Below, piece by piece: positions 1 through 9,449 of a stretch of 64,000 nucleotides of DNA. The stretch lies in contig JAADYX010000080.1 of NCBI GenBank assembly GCA_010092885.1, forward strand, positions 12,111 to 76,110. The letters are read 5' to 3'. The position numbers and the translations under genes were made by a program. The notes below the pieces were generated by a model. That model worked only from the letters and a program-made list of their open reading frames with translations, was not told the origin of the DNA and searched no databases. This stretch comes from Chloroflexota bacterium (lineage in GTDB: Bacteria > Chloroflexota > Anaerolineae > Aggregatilineales > UBA3940). The first letter of the stretch is position 1. The number at the start of each line of letters is the position of its first letter.

Positions 1-2
1 CC

Positions 3-3000
3 AGCGAGGACACTAGCTACAATCCCGGTGGCGGCGATTGGAACATCATTCTGGGGACTTCGGGCGCGTTCCTGACCGAAGTGAACACACCTGGAAACAC
101 CATGGACTTCGCCGCGACCGATGTCGCCTGGATTGACGATGCCAGCAGCGGCAGCACCATTGCTTCCAGCGATGGTTTCGGTGTCAACTGGGACTCCTCG
201 CCTGGCACGTTCGGTGGTAACGCCAGCGTGACCGCGCCGCAGCCGAGCAACAACACCGGCCTGGTTCTGACCAGCGACCTGGCAGGTGCGACCATCGGCA
301 GCAACTGGACCGACGATGTGCTGCTTGGCGACATGACGCCTGGTGAGCCCAACGGCGGTGACAACACCGACTACATCAACGGTCTGCGCGGCGGTGGCAG
401 CAGTGCAGACTTCGCCATCAACGAAGTGCGCATCAATGACAGTGGTGAAGACGACGAGTTTGTCGAGATCATCGGTGACCCGAGTACAGCCATCACTGAT
501 CTCACGTTCATCGTCATTTCTGGCAACGGCAGTTTCGCCGGTCTGGTAGATGTTGTCATCGACTTCAGTGGCGAGACGACCGATGCCAACGGTTTCGTGC
601 TGGCTGCCGACTCGGCTGCGGGCCTGCTGCCGGATATCTCAATCCCGGGTCTTGACTTCTTCAGTGGTACACAGAGTGTTCTGTTGGTCGAGGGGTTCAC
701 TGGCAATCAGGGTGATGACCTCGATACGAACAACGACGGCACTCTTGAGACCACACCATGGACGAACGTGGTCGACAGCGTTGGTCTGACCGACGGTGAT
801 GTAGGCGAACCGATCTACATCGCGACGACCATCATCGGTCCGGACAGCACGTTTGCACCCGCGCACTTCTACCGCTGCCCGGATGCGACTGGCTCCTATG
901 TTGAAGGTTCCTTTAGCGATCTGAGCAGTGACACGCCTGATGCAGTCAACGACTGTGGTGGCAGTGGTGTGATCGGTGCCTGCGGTGACCCGGCGACCTT
1001 CATCCATGCGGTGCAGGGTAATGGCGCCAGCACCCCGATCCCCGGCGCGACCGTCGAAGTTGAGGGTGTTGTGGTTGGTGACTTCCAGGGTGCCAGCGGC
1101 CTTGACGGTTTCTTCCTGCAGGAAGAGGACAGCGACCGGGACGGCAGCATCCTGACCAGCGAAGGCATCTTCATCTACGACCCGGGCAGCACCATCCCCG
1201 TCGATGAAGGCGATGTGGTGCGTGTGCTTGGTGACGTAAGCGAATTCTTCGACCAGACCCAGATCACCCTTGACGAGATCGCCGACTGCCAGGCGACCGA
1301 TATCGTGACCCCGACGACCATCACCTTCCCGCTGCCGAACGGCCAGGGAGACCTTGAAGCGGTTGAGGGCATGCTGGTCGAGTTCACACAGCAACTGGTC
1401 GTCTCCGATATGTTCAATCTGGGTGAGTTTGGCGAGATCACGCTCAGCACCCCGGACGTTCTGACCATCCCGACTGAGACGAACGACCCCGGTGCGCCGG
1501 CCAATGCCGCCGAACTGGCCAACGAGAAGCGCCAGATCCTGGTTGATGATGGGTCCGGTGACCGGTACCTCGATCCGGTACCGTATGTAAACAACTTCAG
1601 CCCGGAGACTCTGCGCCGCGGCGACTCAACCGACGGCAACGTACTGGGCGTGATGGGCTATGGCTTCGGCAACTATCGGGTCCAGCCGCTGAGCATTGGC
1701 TTCACGCGTGATATTCCGCGCCCCGCTGTTCCGAGCGTGGATGGCGACATCACCGTGGTCAGCTTCAATGTCCTGAACTACTTCAACACCATTGACGATG
1801 GTGCTAACAGCGCCCGCGGTGCTGACTCGCCCGCCGAGCTCGCCCGTCAGGAAGCCAAGCTCGTTGATGCGATGTGTGATCTGAACGCCGACATCTTCGC
1901 TCTTCAGGAGCTGGAGAACAATGGTGATGCGGGCATGAACTCCGCAATCGCTGAACTGACCGATGCACTCAATGCCGATGCTGACTGTACCGGCACCTAC
2001 GCCTACGTGGACACCGGCACGACTGGTGATAACCCGGGCGGCGTTGAGGGTCCGGATGCCATCACAGTTGGCTTCATCTACAAGACGAGCACGGTCAGCA
2101 CCACTGGCACGACCGCTATTCTGGAGACCGGTCCGTTTGACGGCCTCAGCCGTCCGCCTGTAGCACAGGCCTTCACCGAAGCAAGCAGTGGCGAGACTTT
2201 CATCGTGGTGAACAACCACTACAAGTCCAAGGGCTGCAGCGGTGCTTCCGGTGGCGATGAGGATCAGGGTGATGGGCAGAGCTGCTACAACGCAACGCGT
2301 GTACAGTCCTCACAGGATATCCTGACGTGGCTGGCTGGCGACCCGACCGCCACTGGCACCGATCAGATCCTCATCACGGGCGACCTGAACAGCTACACGC
2401 AGGAAGATCCGATCACCGTACTGGAAAGCAATGGTTTCACCAACCTGCTGACCCAGTTCATCACGGATGTCAGCGACCGCTACACCTTCGTGTTCTTCGG
2501 GCAGCAGGGCGTGCTTGACCACGCGCTGGCAACCTCCAGCCTGCTCAATGACGTGACAGACGTCGCGATCTGGCACATCAATGCTGATGAGCCGCGTGCC
2601 TTGAACTACGATGACAACATCCTTGACACCAGCACCTCGCCGTTTGATGATGAACTGAACAACGATATCAGCCTCTATCAGGCGGACCAGTGGCGCTCCA
2701 GTGATCACGATCCGGTGATTGTTGGGCTGGACTTCCCGGGCAGCGCCAACCTGCTGGTAAATGGCAGCTTCGAAGATGACTTCACAGGCAACTGGAATAA
2801 CTTGAGTGATGATGGTCCGTTCACGACCGGCTTCGCCTTTGACGGCACGCGCGTGATGCTCTTCAATGCTGACGGCAGCCAGGAGCTCATCCGCCAGACC
2901 GTGAGCGGCGTTTCCGGCAGCAGCGGTGACACAGTGGAGTTGGTCTTCTATGTGGGCGGCCAGAACCTGGTGAGCGGTGGCCAGGCGGGTGCCCGTATCG

Positions 3001-3197
3001 AGACTTTCAATGGTGGCAGCCCTGCTGACCTGGTTAACTGCCTTGTCTCCGATCGCGGCACCTTCAACTTCACGCAGGTGACGTGCACGCTGAATGCCAC
3101 CTCTAACTTTGACGAGATCCGTGTCAGCATTGGCCTGCGGAATATCCCGAGTGGTTTCTTCGGTATTGATGCAGCCTCGCTGACTATCCTCCCCTAG
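3..3197 (+). CDS. Secreted ExeM/NucH-type extracellular nuclease (lamin-tail domain + endonuclease/exonuclease/phosphatase domain + C-terminal CBM-like module); 5' end outside window
   Basis: The frame is open from base 3 with no stop before the listed start at 81, so the N-terminus probably lies upstream. LTD-like segment INEVRINDSGEDDEFVEIIG. EEP motifs VVSFNVLNYF, IFALQELEN, VVNNHYKSKG, TGDLNSY, SSDHDPVIV. The C-terminal NLLVNGSFEDDF module resembles carbohydrate-binding jelly-rolls. Confidence 0.8.
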   Translation, partial: SEDTSYNPGGGDWNIILGTSGAFLTEVNTPGNTMDFAATDVAWIDDASSGSTIASSDGFGVNWDSSPGTFGGNASVTAPQPSNNTGLVLTSDLAGATIGSNWTDDVLLGDMTPGEPNGGDNTDYINGLRGGGSSADFAINEVRINDSGEDDEFVEIIGDPSTAITDLTFIVISGNGSFAGLVDVVIDFSGETTDANGFVLAADSAAGLLPDISIPGLDFFSGTQSVLLVEGFTGNQGDDLDTNNDGTLETTPWTNVVDSVGLTDGDVGEPIYIATTIIGPDSTFAPAHFYRCPDATGSYVEGSFSDLSSDTPDAVNDCGGSGVIGACGDPATFIHAVQGNGASTPIPGATVEVEGVVVGDFQGASGLDGFFLQEEDSDRDGSILTSEGIFIYDPGSTIPVDEGDVVRVLGDVSEFFDQTQITLDEIADCQATDIVTPTTITFPLPNGQGDLEAVEGMLVEFTQQLVVSDMFNLGEFGEITLSTPDVLTIPTETNDPGAPANAAELANEKRQILVDDGSGDRYLDPVPYVNNFSPETLRRGDSTDGNVLGVMGYGFGNYRVQPLSIGFTRDIPRPAVPSVDGDITVVSFNVLNYFNTIDDGANSARGADSPAELARQEAKLVDAMCDLNADIFALQELENNGDAGMNSAIAELTDALNADADCTGTYAYVDTGTTGDNPGGVEGPDAITVGFIYKTSTVSTTGTTAILETGPFDGLSRPPVAQAFTEASSGETFIVVNNHYKSKGCSGASGGDEDQGDGQSCYNATRVQSSQDILTWLAGDPTATGTDQILITGDLNSYTQEDPITVLESNGFTNLLTQFITDVSDRYTFVFFGQQGVLDHALATSSLLNDVTDVAIWHINADEPRALNYDDNILDTSTSPFDDELNNDISLYQADQWRSSDHDPVIVGLDFPGSANLLVNGSFEDDFTGNWNNLSDDGPFTTGFAFDGTRVMLFNADGSQELIRQTVSGVSGSSGDTVELVFYVGGQNLVSGGQAGARIETFNGGSPADLVNCLVSDRGTFNFTQVTCTLNATSNFDEIRVSIGLRNIPSGFFGIDAASLTILP

Positions 3198-3216
3198 TAG
3201 ACGCTTTGTAACAGCA

Positions 3217-3247
3217 AACAGCCCCCGCCGTTTTGGTGGGGGCTGTT
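3217..3247. terminator. Bidirectional intrinsic-terminator hairpin between convergent genes
   Basis: Perfect 10-bp stem AACAGCCCCC / GGGGGCTGTT with an 11-nt loop. It lies between the nuclease stop (3197) and the SDR stop (3252). Confidence 0.7.
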
Positions 3248-3251
3248 CTGA

Positions 3252-4187
3252 TCAGGCCGGAACGGCGAAAGCGTATCTGACCCCGGTGAGTTCCTCACTG
3301 ACTTCCCAGAGCCGGCGGGCAACATCCTCACTGCGAGCGTACTTCACAGGCCTTTCCTCGCTGGGATAGCCCCGTATGCGCAGATGCGGGCCGTAGAGTT
3401 TGCCACTTTCAGCGTCAGGATCAGTAGCTGCGTACAGCTGTGGCAGGGCACCCATTTGTGCGGATTGAGCGAGCACATTGTTCAGGATGCCGTAGGTTAT
3501 GCGTTCCACCAGGTTGCCGGAGGCGCTGGTGCTGGTCGACTGGAGGTCTGTGTGAGCATAGCCGGGATGGGCAACTATGCTGGCGGTCTGGGCTTCGGCT
3601 TCACGCAGACGGCGGTGCAGTTCGAGGCCAAAAAGCAGGTTGGCGACTTTGGTCTGGCTGTAAGCGCCGTAGCGTGTGTATCGTTGTTCGCCGTGGAGAT
3701 CGTCGAAGTCGATGCGCCCGTTGTAGCTGGCGAAACTCGTGACGGTGACAATGCGGCTTTCTGGTACATCGATCAGGCAGTCCAGCAGGAGACCCGTAAG
3801 CGCGAAGTGGCCTAGGTGATTGACGCCGAACTGCATCTCGAAACCGTCGGCGGTTTCGCGCCGGGGAATCGCCATGACGCCTGCGTTATTGTACAAAATA
3901 TCGATGTGAGTGTAACCCTGCCGAACTTCTTCAGCGAAGGTGTGCACCGACTCCAGGCTGCCCAGATCCAGCTTCATGATGCGCAGATCGGCACCGGGCA
4001 CCTGGTCAATGATCTGCTGGCGGGCGGTTTCGGCCTTGTCAAGGTTGCGACAGGCCATCAGTACAGTGGCATTCTTCTTGGCGAGCGCCAGGGTTGTCTC
4101 GTAGCCGAGGCCACTGTTGGCTCCCGTTACAATGACCAGCCTGCCGGTCTGGTCGGGCATGTCCTCTTCAACGGTCCACTTTGGCAT
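3252..4187 (-). CDS. Short-chain dehydrogenase/reductase (classical SDR)
   Basis: TGANSGLG cofactor motif and YSQTK catalytic Y-x3-K. I prefer the ATG at 4187 (MPKWTVEE, preceded by AGAGGGG) over 4220, because an operator-like palindrome covers 4207-4224. Confidence 0.85.
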   Translation of the reverse strand: MPKWTVEEDMPDQTGRLVIVTGANSGLGYETTLALAKKNATVLMACRNLDKAETARQQIIDQVPGADLRIMKLDLGSLESVHTFAEEVRQGYTHIDILYNNAGVMAIPRRETADGFEMQFGVNHLGHFALTGLLLDCLIDVPESRIVTVTSFASYNGRIDFDDLHGEQRYTRYGAYSQTKVANLLFGLELHRRLREAEAQTASIVAHPGYAHTDLQSTSTSASGNLVERITYGILNNVLAQSAQMGALPQLYAATDPDAESGKLYGPHLRIRGYPSEERPVKYARSEDVARRLWEVSEELTGVRYAFAVPA

Positions 4188-4206
4188 GGTGTTAAACCCC
4201 TCTTTT

Positions 4207-4224
4207 GATTGAACATTCATTCAA
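4207..4224 (-). promoter_or_regulatory. Operator copy 2 (GATTGAACATTCATTCAA) between tetR and the SDR gene
   Basis: Matches the site at 4818-4835 at 16 of 18 positions. Palindromic core TGAACATTCA. Confidence 0.5.
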
Positions 4225-4244
4225 TGTGTACGAAAAAAACAGCG

Positions 4245-4808
4245 TCATTTTGCAATCGCCCGACAGCAGGCCTCGGCGACGTGCTCAAGCTCGGAGGCAT
4301 CCATAACAACGACCCCGGCTATCTGTCGTTTGGCCAGACCAAGCGCCACACCAAGCGTCAGTTCATAGAGCACCGGAAAGGGCAGTTCCTGCACGGTGCC
4401 CGCTGCGAACTCTGTCTGGATCATTGCGGCGAGTTGGCCCATGTTCTCGTCAAGATTGGTGAAATGAGCCGGATCGTAATACGGTGAGTTCTCATACTGT
4501 TCCAGGTACAGTGTCTCGCGGGGATGCTCCACATAGAACCGGAATGCGTTCAACCAGACACACGTGAGGTTATCCGGCCATGGAAGGCTCAAAGGATCGC
4601 CAGCCAACAAAGCCCTGCCATAGTCCATCTTGATGCGCCGGTACAGCTCGTGGATCAGAGCATCCTTACTGTCAAAGTAATGGTAGATGATCCCCGCGCT
4701 CACACCGGAGCGCTTGGCAACCTGCGACACAGGCGTCCCATGGAAACCCCGTTCAGCGACGAGATCAAGCATTGCATCAAGGATGGCGGTTTCTTTGTCA
4801 GCAGTCAT
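4245..4808 (-). CDS. TetR/AcrR family transcriptional regulator
   Basis: N-terminal HTH GTPVSQVAKRSGVSAGIIYHYF. The ATG at 4808 has a GAGG 5 nt upstream. The longer ORF-track start (GTG 4850) would place the -10 box and operator inside coding sequence. Confidence 0.85.
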   Translation of the reverse strand: MTADKETAILDAMLDLVAERGFHGTPVSQVAKRSGVSAGIIYHYFDSKDALIHELYRRIKMDYGRALLAGDPLSLPWPDNLTCVWLNAFRFYVEHPRETLYLEQYENSPYYDPAHFTNLDENMGQLAAMIQTEFAAGTVQELPFPVLYELTLGVALGLAKRQIAGVVVMDASELEHVAEACCRAIAK

Positions 4809-4817
4809 CAATGCCTC

Positions 4818-4835
4818 GATTGAACGTTCATTCGA
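4818..4835 (-). promoter_or_regulatory. Operator copy 1 (GATTGAACGTTCATTCGA) upstream of tetR
   Basis: Contains the perfect 10-bp palindrome TGAACGTTCA (4821-4830). It lies between the predicted -10 box and the tetR ribosome-binding site. Confidence 0.55.
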
Positions 4836-4840
4836 AATGG

Positions 4841-4868
4841 AGTATAGCACATAGGCCCCCTAAGTCAA
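4841..4868 (-). promoter_or_regulatory. Sigma-70-like promoter for tetR-SDR (minus strand TTGACT-16 nt-TATACT)
   Basis: The reverse complement of 4863-4868 is TTGACT and of 4841-4846 is TATACT. Spacer is 16 nt. Confidence 0.5.
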
Positions 4869-4902
4869 GACAATGACCCCAGGGTACTATGCGCGTCACA
4901 GG

Positions 4903-7743
4903 TTAGTTCGGTGTGATGCGTGCAACCGGGTACACATCCAAGATGACAATGATCTCCAAGTCGGAGGGCAGTTGTGTGCCGGCTGGAATGGTCAGCCTGA
5001 CCCCTGTGATGTCGCCATCAGGGTTGGTTAGTGTGGTCAGGTTGTTGTGATAGTCAATATACACTGCTTGCGTTTCCGCCGCGTCGATCAGTAATAAGGC
5101 CGGGCGACGGTCGCTGGCAGAAAAAGGCCTCTCGGATGCGAACACCACTTCAGCGTACCCATCCTCTGACCCTGTCGGCGGTGTGAAACTCAGATCTGTG
5201 ACGGTCAGACCTTCAGGCTGTTGGTTGGCAGGGCCCTCATACGGGCGGGTGATGTATGTTGCCATGACAAGCAGCTTCTCCCAGCCGTTGTTGGCCAGAC
5301 CGGCCACGACCAGATACGGACCAAACGTCGGGATGGACAGCACTTCGGTATCTGCCCAGGCCGTTGACCCGGGCTGCACCCGCAGATCATCGTCCAGCTG
5401 GCCGCGGATCTCAAACGTGTTGAACGGGATCGGTATGCCGGTCACCGGCATCACAAAATCGCGGTTCGTCAGGATAAACGAATCACCTTCGTAGGTGCCG
5501 CTCAGCGCAAGTGTGAAATCCGTGTCCGGATCCGCGCGCAGGATGCCGTTGGCGTCTCGTTCAGCACCTGTAGCCCACATGATCAGCTTGCCATCTTCCT
5601 TGGCGACAGTGCCCACAATCCAGTCGATGTAGTCAAAGCCGATCTGGTTGAGACTGGGCATCATAGGCGGAACCGGCACGGCGAGGCGTGTCCACTCAAA
5701 GGCGGAGACTTCCTCACTGCCGAGCTCCAATGGCAGCTCTTCAGCAATCGCCTGGGCTGTGGTCAAGGTGACCGAGTCATCGAACTCACCTGCGGGCCGT
5801 CCACCGAGCGTCAGATTGCCGATATTTGTGCCTCTGGTGTAATAGTCACCACTGACTGAGATCGTGTATGTCTGGCCTGGTGTGAGGTAGCCCTGCGGAA
5901 TGATGTGAACGAAGTGACCATCGGCTGACTGCTCCACTTCAAACGGAATCTGAGGGTCAATGGTGATGGTCAGGGCGTCATCCGGGCAGCCCAGCGGCGA
6001 GTTGCAAACCCATGCGTCAATTGTCTCCCCGGCTTCGCGAACGAGCAGCCGCAGGGTAATCACCGTAGCCGGTGACAGCTCGGGCGGATCACCCAGGATG
6101 GTGCTGCCGCCGGGTGTCACGTAGAAGACGCCTGCCACATCCGCCGGAAGATCCTCCACAGGGCTGGTTTCGCAGCGGATGTCGTCCGCTTGCAGGCAGT
6201 AATCATAAGGCACATACCAGATCTGGCCATGTTCCCCAGCGATGACGATGCCCGTCTCGCCTAAGGCGGGTGAGGCGTTCAGGTCGTTGCGGTCGCGCAG
6301 CACAGGGTCATCGGCAGCGGTGGTATCGAACGACCAGCGGCGGGTACCGTCTTCAGCGTTAAGTGCATAGAGTGTGCCATTGCCGCTGCCAAAGTAGACG
6401 ATCTGCCCGCCTTCCGGTGCCTGACCGATTACCGGTGAGGACCGTATGGGGTCACCGGTATCGAAAGTCCACAGCAGGGTGCCGCTGGTATCGAGAGCGT
6501 ACAGGCGACCATCGGTTGATGCTACGTAGATAGCAGTCGTCTCGCCGTTATCGTCTTCGGCCAGAGCCGCGGAACTGTAGATATGGTCGTCGGTTTTAAA
6601 GGTCCAGCGAACCGCGCCGGTCAGTGGATCGAGCGCGTAGAAGACGCTGTCAAACGAACCGATATAGATCGTGCCATCCGAACCGACAGCTGCCGAGGCG
6701 GCCAGAAAGCCCAACGTCCGCTTGCGCCACCGCTCACTGCCGTCAGGTGCCACGGCACGGATAAACGTATCATTAGAGGCCCAGTAGATGGTGCCATCCA
6801 CACCCAGGCCCGCCATGGACCAGTTGTTCGAACCGGTCTCATACGTCCATTCCAACTCGCCTTCCGGAGAGATCGCATAGTAGTTGAAGTTCGTATTCCC
6901 CGCGTAGATGGTGCCATCATAGCCCAGGGCGATATTGCCTTCCCACCAGTCATTGTAGCTGGCACGCGGTGCCACCCGAGCATCGAACTGCCAGATCAGT
7001 GAGCCATCCTCGGCGTTGAGATGATAGATGTAGCCATCGCCGGAAGGCACAATCACCGTTGGGTCGCTGTCGGTACGTGGCAGGGCCGCCGCGGAGTCGA
7101 TGATCTCGCCGGTCTCGAAGCGCCACCGTTCGCTGCCATCAGGGGCAAGTGCATAGAAGATCCGGTCGGCTGACCCGATATAGATGTTGCCTTCACTGTC
7201 GATGACTGGTGTCGAGAAAATACCCTTGCCCGTCTGGAAGAACCACGGTTCGTCGCCGCTGTAGACAGCGGTGATCGGGCTGCTGCCCGTATTGCGGTGA
7301 TCCCGGCGGAACGTTGGCCAGGGCGATTCAGGCTGCACAGGGACTTCATATCCGTACGGTTCACTGGGCAGATCAGGGTCCTGCACGACAAACGGCACCC
7401 GGTTTGAGGTGAACAGGCCCAACCGCCTGACCGTCACCCATCCCCCACTGGAGTCCACCACAGCAGGATCCGTCACGACAATGTGGGCCCCGCTCCATTC
7501 GGCTGTTTCTCTCAGCGTGAGGGCCTCCCCAACTTCCACCGTCAACTCGCCGGGACCTGGCCCAAAACGGCGCCCCTCGATGATCAGCTGATTGTCATCC
7601 ACAACGAGCACGCGGTCGATTTTCGGAGTCAGCATTGTGACAAGGGCGGCACCTGCCGCGATGATCACCACAGCCGCAATAAAAACTGGGTGGGTGACTA
7701 CCGGTTGAACGAACTGCCATAGTTTCTGCACGCGGTTCTTCAT
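4903..7743 (-). CDS. Membrane-anchored PQQ-like (BamB-type) beta-propeller repeat protein with large C-terminal beta-rich region
   Basis: N-terminal TM helix VFIAAVVIIAAGAALVTML. Many repeats follow of the form G.IY.GS.D..FYAL...G...W.F.T. Confidence 0.8.
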   Translation of the reverse strand: MKNRVQKLWQFVQPVVTHPVFIAAVVIIAAGAALVTMLTPKIDRVLVVDDNQLIIEGRRFGPGPGELTVEVGEALTLRETAEWSGAHIVVTDPAVVDSSGGWVTVRRLGLFTSNRVPFVVQDPDLPSEPYGYEVPVQPESPWPTFRRDHRNTGSSPITAVYSGDEPWFFQTGKGIFSTPVIDSEGNIYIGSADRIFYALAPDGSERWRFETGEIIDSAAALPRTDSDPTVIVPSGDGYIYHLNAEDGSLIWQFDARVAPRASYNDWWEGNIALGYDGTIYAGNTNFNYYAISPEGELEWTYETGSNNWSMAGLGVDGTIYWASNDTFIRAVAPDGSERWRKRTLGFLAASAAVGSDGTIYIGSFDSVFYALDPLTGAVRWTFKTDDHIYSSAALAEDDNGETTAIYVASTDGRLYALDTSGTLLWTFDTGDPIRSSPVIGQAPEGGQIVYFGSGNGTLYALNAEDGTRRWSFDTTAADDPVLRDRNDLNASPALGETGIVIAGEHGQIWYVPYDYCLQADDIRCETSPVEDLPADVAGVFYVTPGGSTILGDPPELSPATVITLRLLVREAGETIDAWVCNSPLGCPDDALTITIDPQIPFEVEQSADGHFVHIIPQGYLTPGQTYTISVSGDYYTRGTNIGNLTLGGRPAGEFDDSVTLTTAQAIAEELPLELGSEEVSAFEWTRLAVPVPPMMPSLNQIGFDYIDWIVGTVAKEDGKLIMWATGAERDANGILRADPDTDFTLALSGTYEGDSFILTNRDFVMPVTGIPIPFNTFEIRGQLDDDLRVQPGSTAWADTEVLSIPTFGPYLVVAGLANNGWEKLLVMATYITRPYEGPANQQPEGLTVTDLSFTPPTGSEDGYAEVVFASERPFSASDRRPALLLIDAAETQAVYIDYHNNLTTLTNPDGDITGVRLTIPAGTQLPSDLEIIVILDVYPVARITPN

Positions 7744-7760
7744 GGGGCTGTCCTGTCGAT

Positions 7761-9449
7761 TTATTGGTCGGCTAAGGGGATAATGGGGCGCGGGCTGCTG
7801 CTGCTTTCATAGGGCACCATTGGATAGTCTTCTTCCAACAGAAAAGCCTCGATCACCCCTGCCATGGCATCACCTTGAGTCAGGTGGATGAGGTGACCAG
7901 CATCCTGAAAGTAAAACACACGGTTGTTGAGAAAAGTTTGTCGGTACTGCTCGATGACTTCCCAGGCGACATAGTCGCATTCGCTGGTCAGGATGATCAC
8001 AGGGGTAAGGTTGTTGGCCAACTGCGGGCGTGGATCCGTGCCATCAAGCAGATCACTGGTGGTCAGTTCCACACGCAGCTCTACATAGTAGTTGATCGCG
8101 GCGTTTTGCAGGGATGGAGCCTGCTCTGCGTCGTCTGCGCATACAAACACACCTGGCGCGTAACGCTGCTGTGCGTAGGCGATCATGGTCTCTTGAGTGA
8201 CCAACCGCTGAGCGGCATTGGGGCCAAAGGTTGTCAGGCCGATGGCCAACAGGGCGCGAGGCTCAAAAACGGTAAGCGGCCCGATGGGTGATGCGGTGCG
8301 TGTGTAGTCCACAAAGAACGTTTCGTCCTCCCACAGTGCGGTAGGGGAGTGAAAGACGATCTTCGAGACACGTTCGGGGAATTCAGCTGTATAGCGTGCA
8401 GCCAATTCGCTGCCAGCGCCCTGCCCGATTAGGATGAGATCGTCAGCGCCTATCTCAGCACGGATGGCGTCCAGGTCCGCTATGTTGCGTTCAACACCGT
8501 AGGCACTCAATGTGTCGAGCTTCTCGGAGAAACCTGTCCCGACCTGATCGTAAAGGTATACATCAAACCCGTCGGCAGCGAACTGCATGTAGAAATCACG
8601 GTCCGCTTCCAAAATGGGAAATCCCGGCCCACCGTGAAGCACAATCACTGGCGGGTTGAGATTGTCCGCCGGGCCGAGAAACTCCGTGTAGGCAATACGT
8701 GAACCCGTCGGCAGTTCCCAGAACTGCACATTTGGAGGGCGCTCCAGCGAGAGGGGTTCCACATTCAGAGGCTGGAAGAGGATCACCCGGCTGGCAACGA
8801 TCACAATCACTGTGCACGATGCAGCCACCAGCCCGCTGAAGATGGCGCGCCGCTGCATGGAGAGGCCGCTGGCCACCAACCACGCAATGCCGAGTGTCAA
8901 CGCAAAGAAGGTGACCACGCCACCCGCCCCGATCAGCTGGAGGCTTGGGGTGACAATCGAAAGTGCCAACACAACCTGGGCGGCCATCGCACCGCTGAAC
9001 GTGATCCCCGCCAGCAGCACGACCATCAATAGAATGCGCAGCAGGGTGCTCGGTGACTCGATCCGAGTGAACTCATCATCCTCTTCCAGGTCGAGCCAGC
9101 CGAGGCGCTTGAACGCATTTTCCATATAGATGTTGGTAATACTCATCCCGAAGGCGGCCAGCAGGGCCCAGCCAAACCCGGCCACATCCAGACTGGTTAC
9201 CAGCGCCGTAAACAGGAGCAGCAGGCCATCGATCACGAAGATGAACAGGCCAGCTGTTGCGATGATAAAGGGCAGCGCAATCGCCAGGAAGAGAGGCCGC
9301 AGCACCGCACTGAAGATCACAAACACAATCGCAATAGCCCACAATGCAAACAGCCCATCGCCGTATCGAATGCCGGGCAGCAGAGCGATCAGGCCAAGCA
9401 CGATGTACGCAATGGACACCCGGATGACGAAGTTACGAAACTGGTTCAT
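7761..9449 (-). CDS. Fusion protein: DUF360/phage-holin-4_2-like membrane domain + extra TM helices + alpha/beta-hydrolase (prolyl-aminopeptidase-like) domain
   Basis: The N-terminal region LRPLFLAIALPFIIATAGLFIFVIDGLLL...GFGWALLAAF matches the DUF360 pattern. The C-terminal domain has VIVLHGGPGFP and a late GH, but GQGAG where GxSxG is expected. Start is ambiguous (ATG 9449 or upstream, up to 9515). Confidence 0.75.
   Translation of the reverse strand: MNQFRNFVIRVSIAYIVLGLIALLPGIRYGDGLFALWAIAIVFVIFSAVLRPLFLAIALPFIIATAGLFIFVIDGLLLLFTALVTSLDVAGFGWALLAAFGMSITNIYMENAFKRLGWLDLEEDDEFTRIESPSTLLRILLMVVLLAGITFSGAMAAQVVLALSIVTPSLQLIGAGGVVTFFALTLGIAWLVASGLSMQRRAIFSGLVAASCTVIVIVASRVILFQPLNVEPLSLERPPNVQFWELPTGSRIAYTEFLGPADNLNPPVIVLHGGPGFPILEADRDFYMQFAADGFDVYLYDQVGTGFSEKLDTLSAYGVERNIADLDAIRAEIGADDLILIGQGAGSELAARYTAEFPERVSKIVFHSPTALWEDETFFVDYTRTASPIGPLTVFEPRALLAIGLTTFGPNAAQRLVTQETMIAYAQQRYAPGVFVCADDAEQAPSLQNAAINYYVELRVELTTSDLLDGTDPRPQLANNLTPVIILTSECDYVAWEVIEQYRQTFLNNRVFYFQDAGHLIHLTQGDAMAGVIEAFLLEEDYPMVPYESSSSPRPIIPLADQ

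Noticed and set aside
639-1394. 251-aa minus-strand ORF, plus many similar antisense ORFs (for example 1626-2219, 9706-10455, 34101-34820, 48844-49716, 50305-50979, 51630-52370, 62506-63021, 62964-63620, 63463-63888)
   Set aside because: Each lies entirely opposite a gene with recognisable motifs or better coding character. Long shadow ORFs are expected at this GC content.
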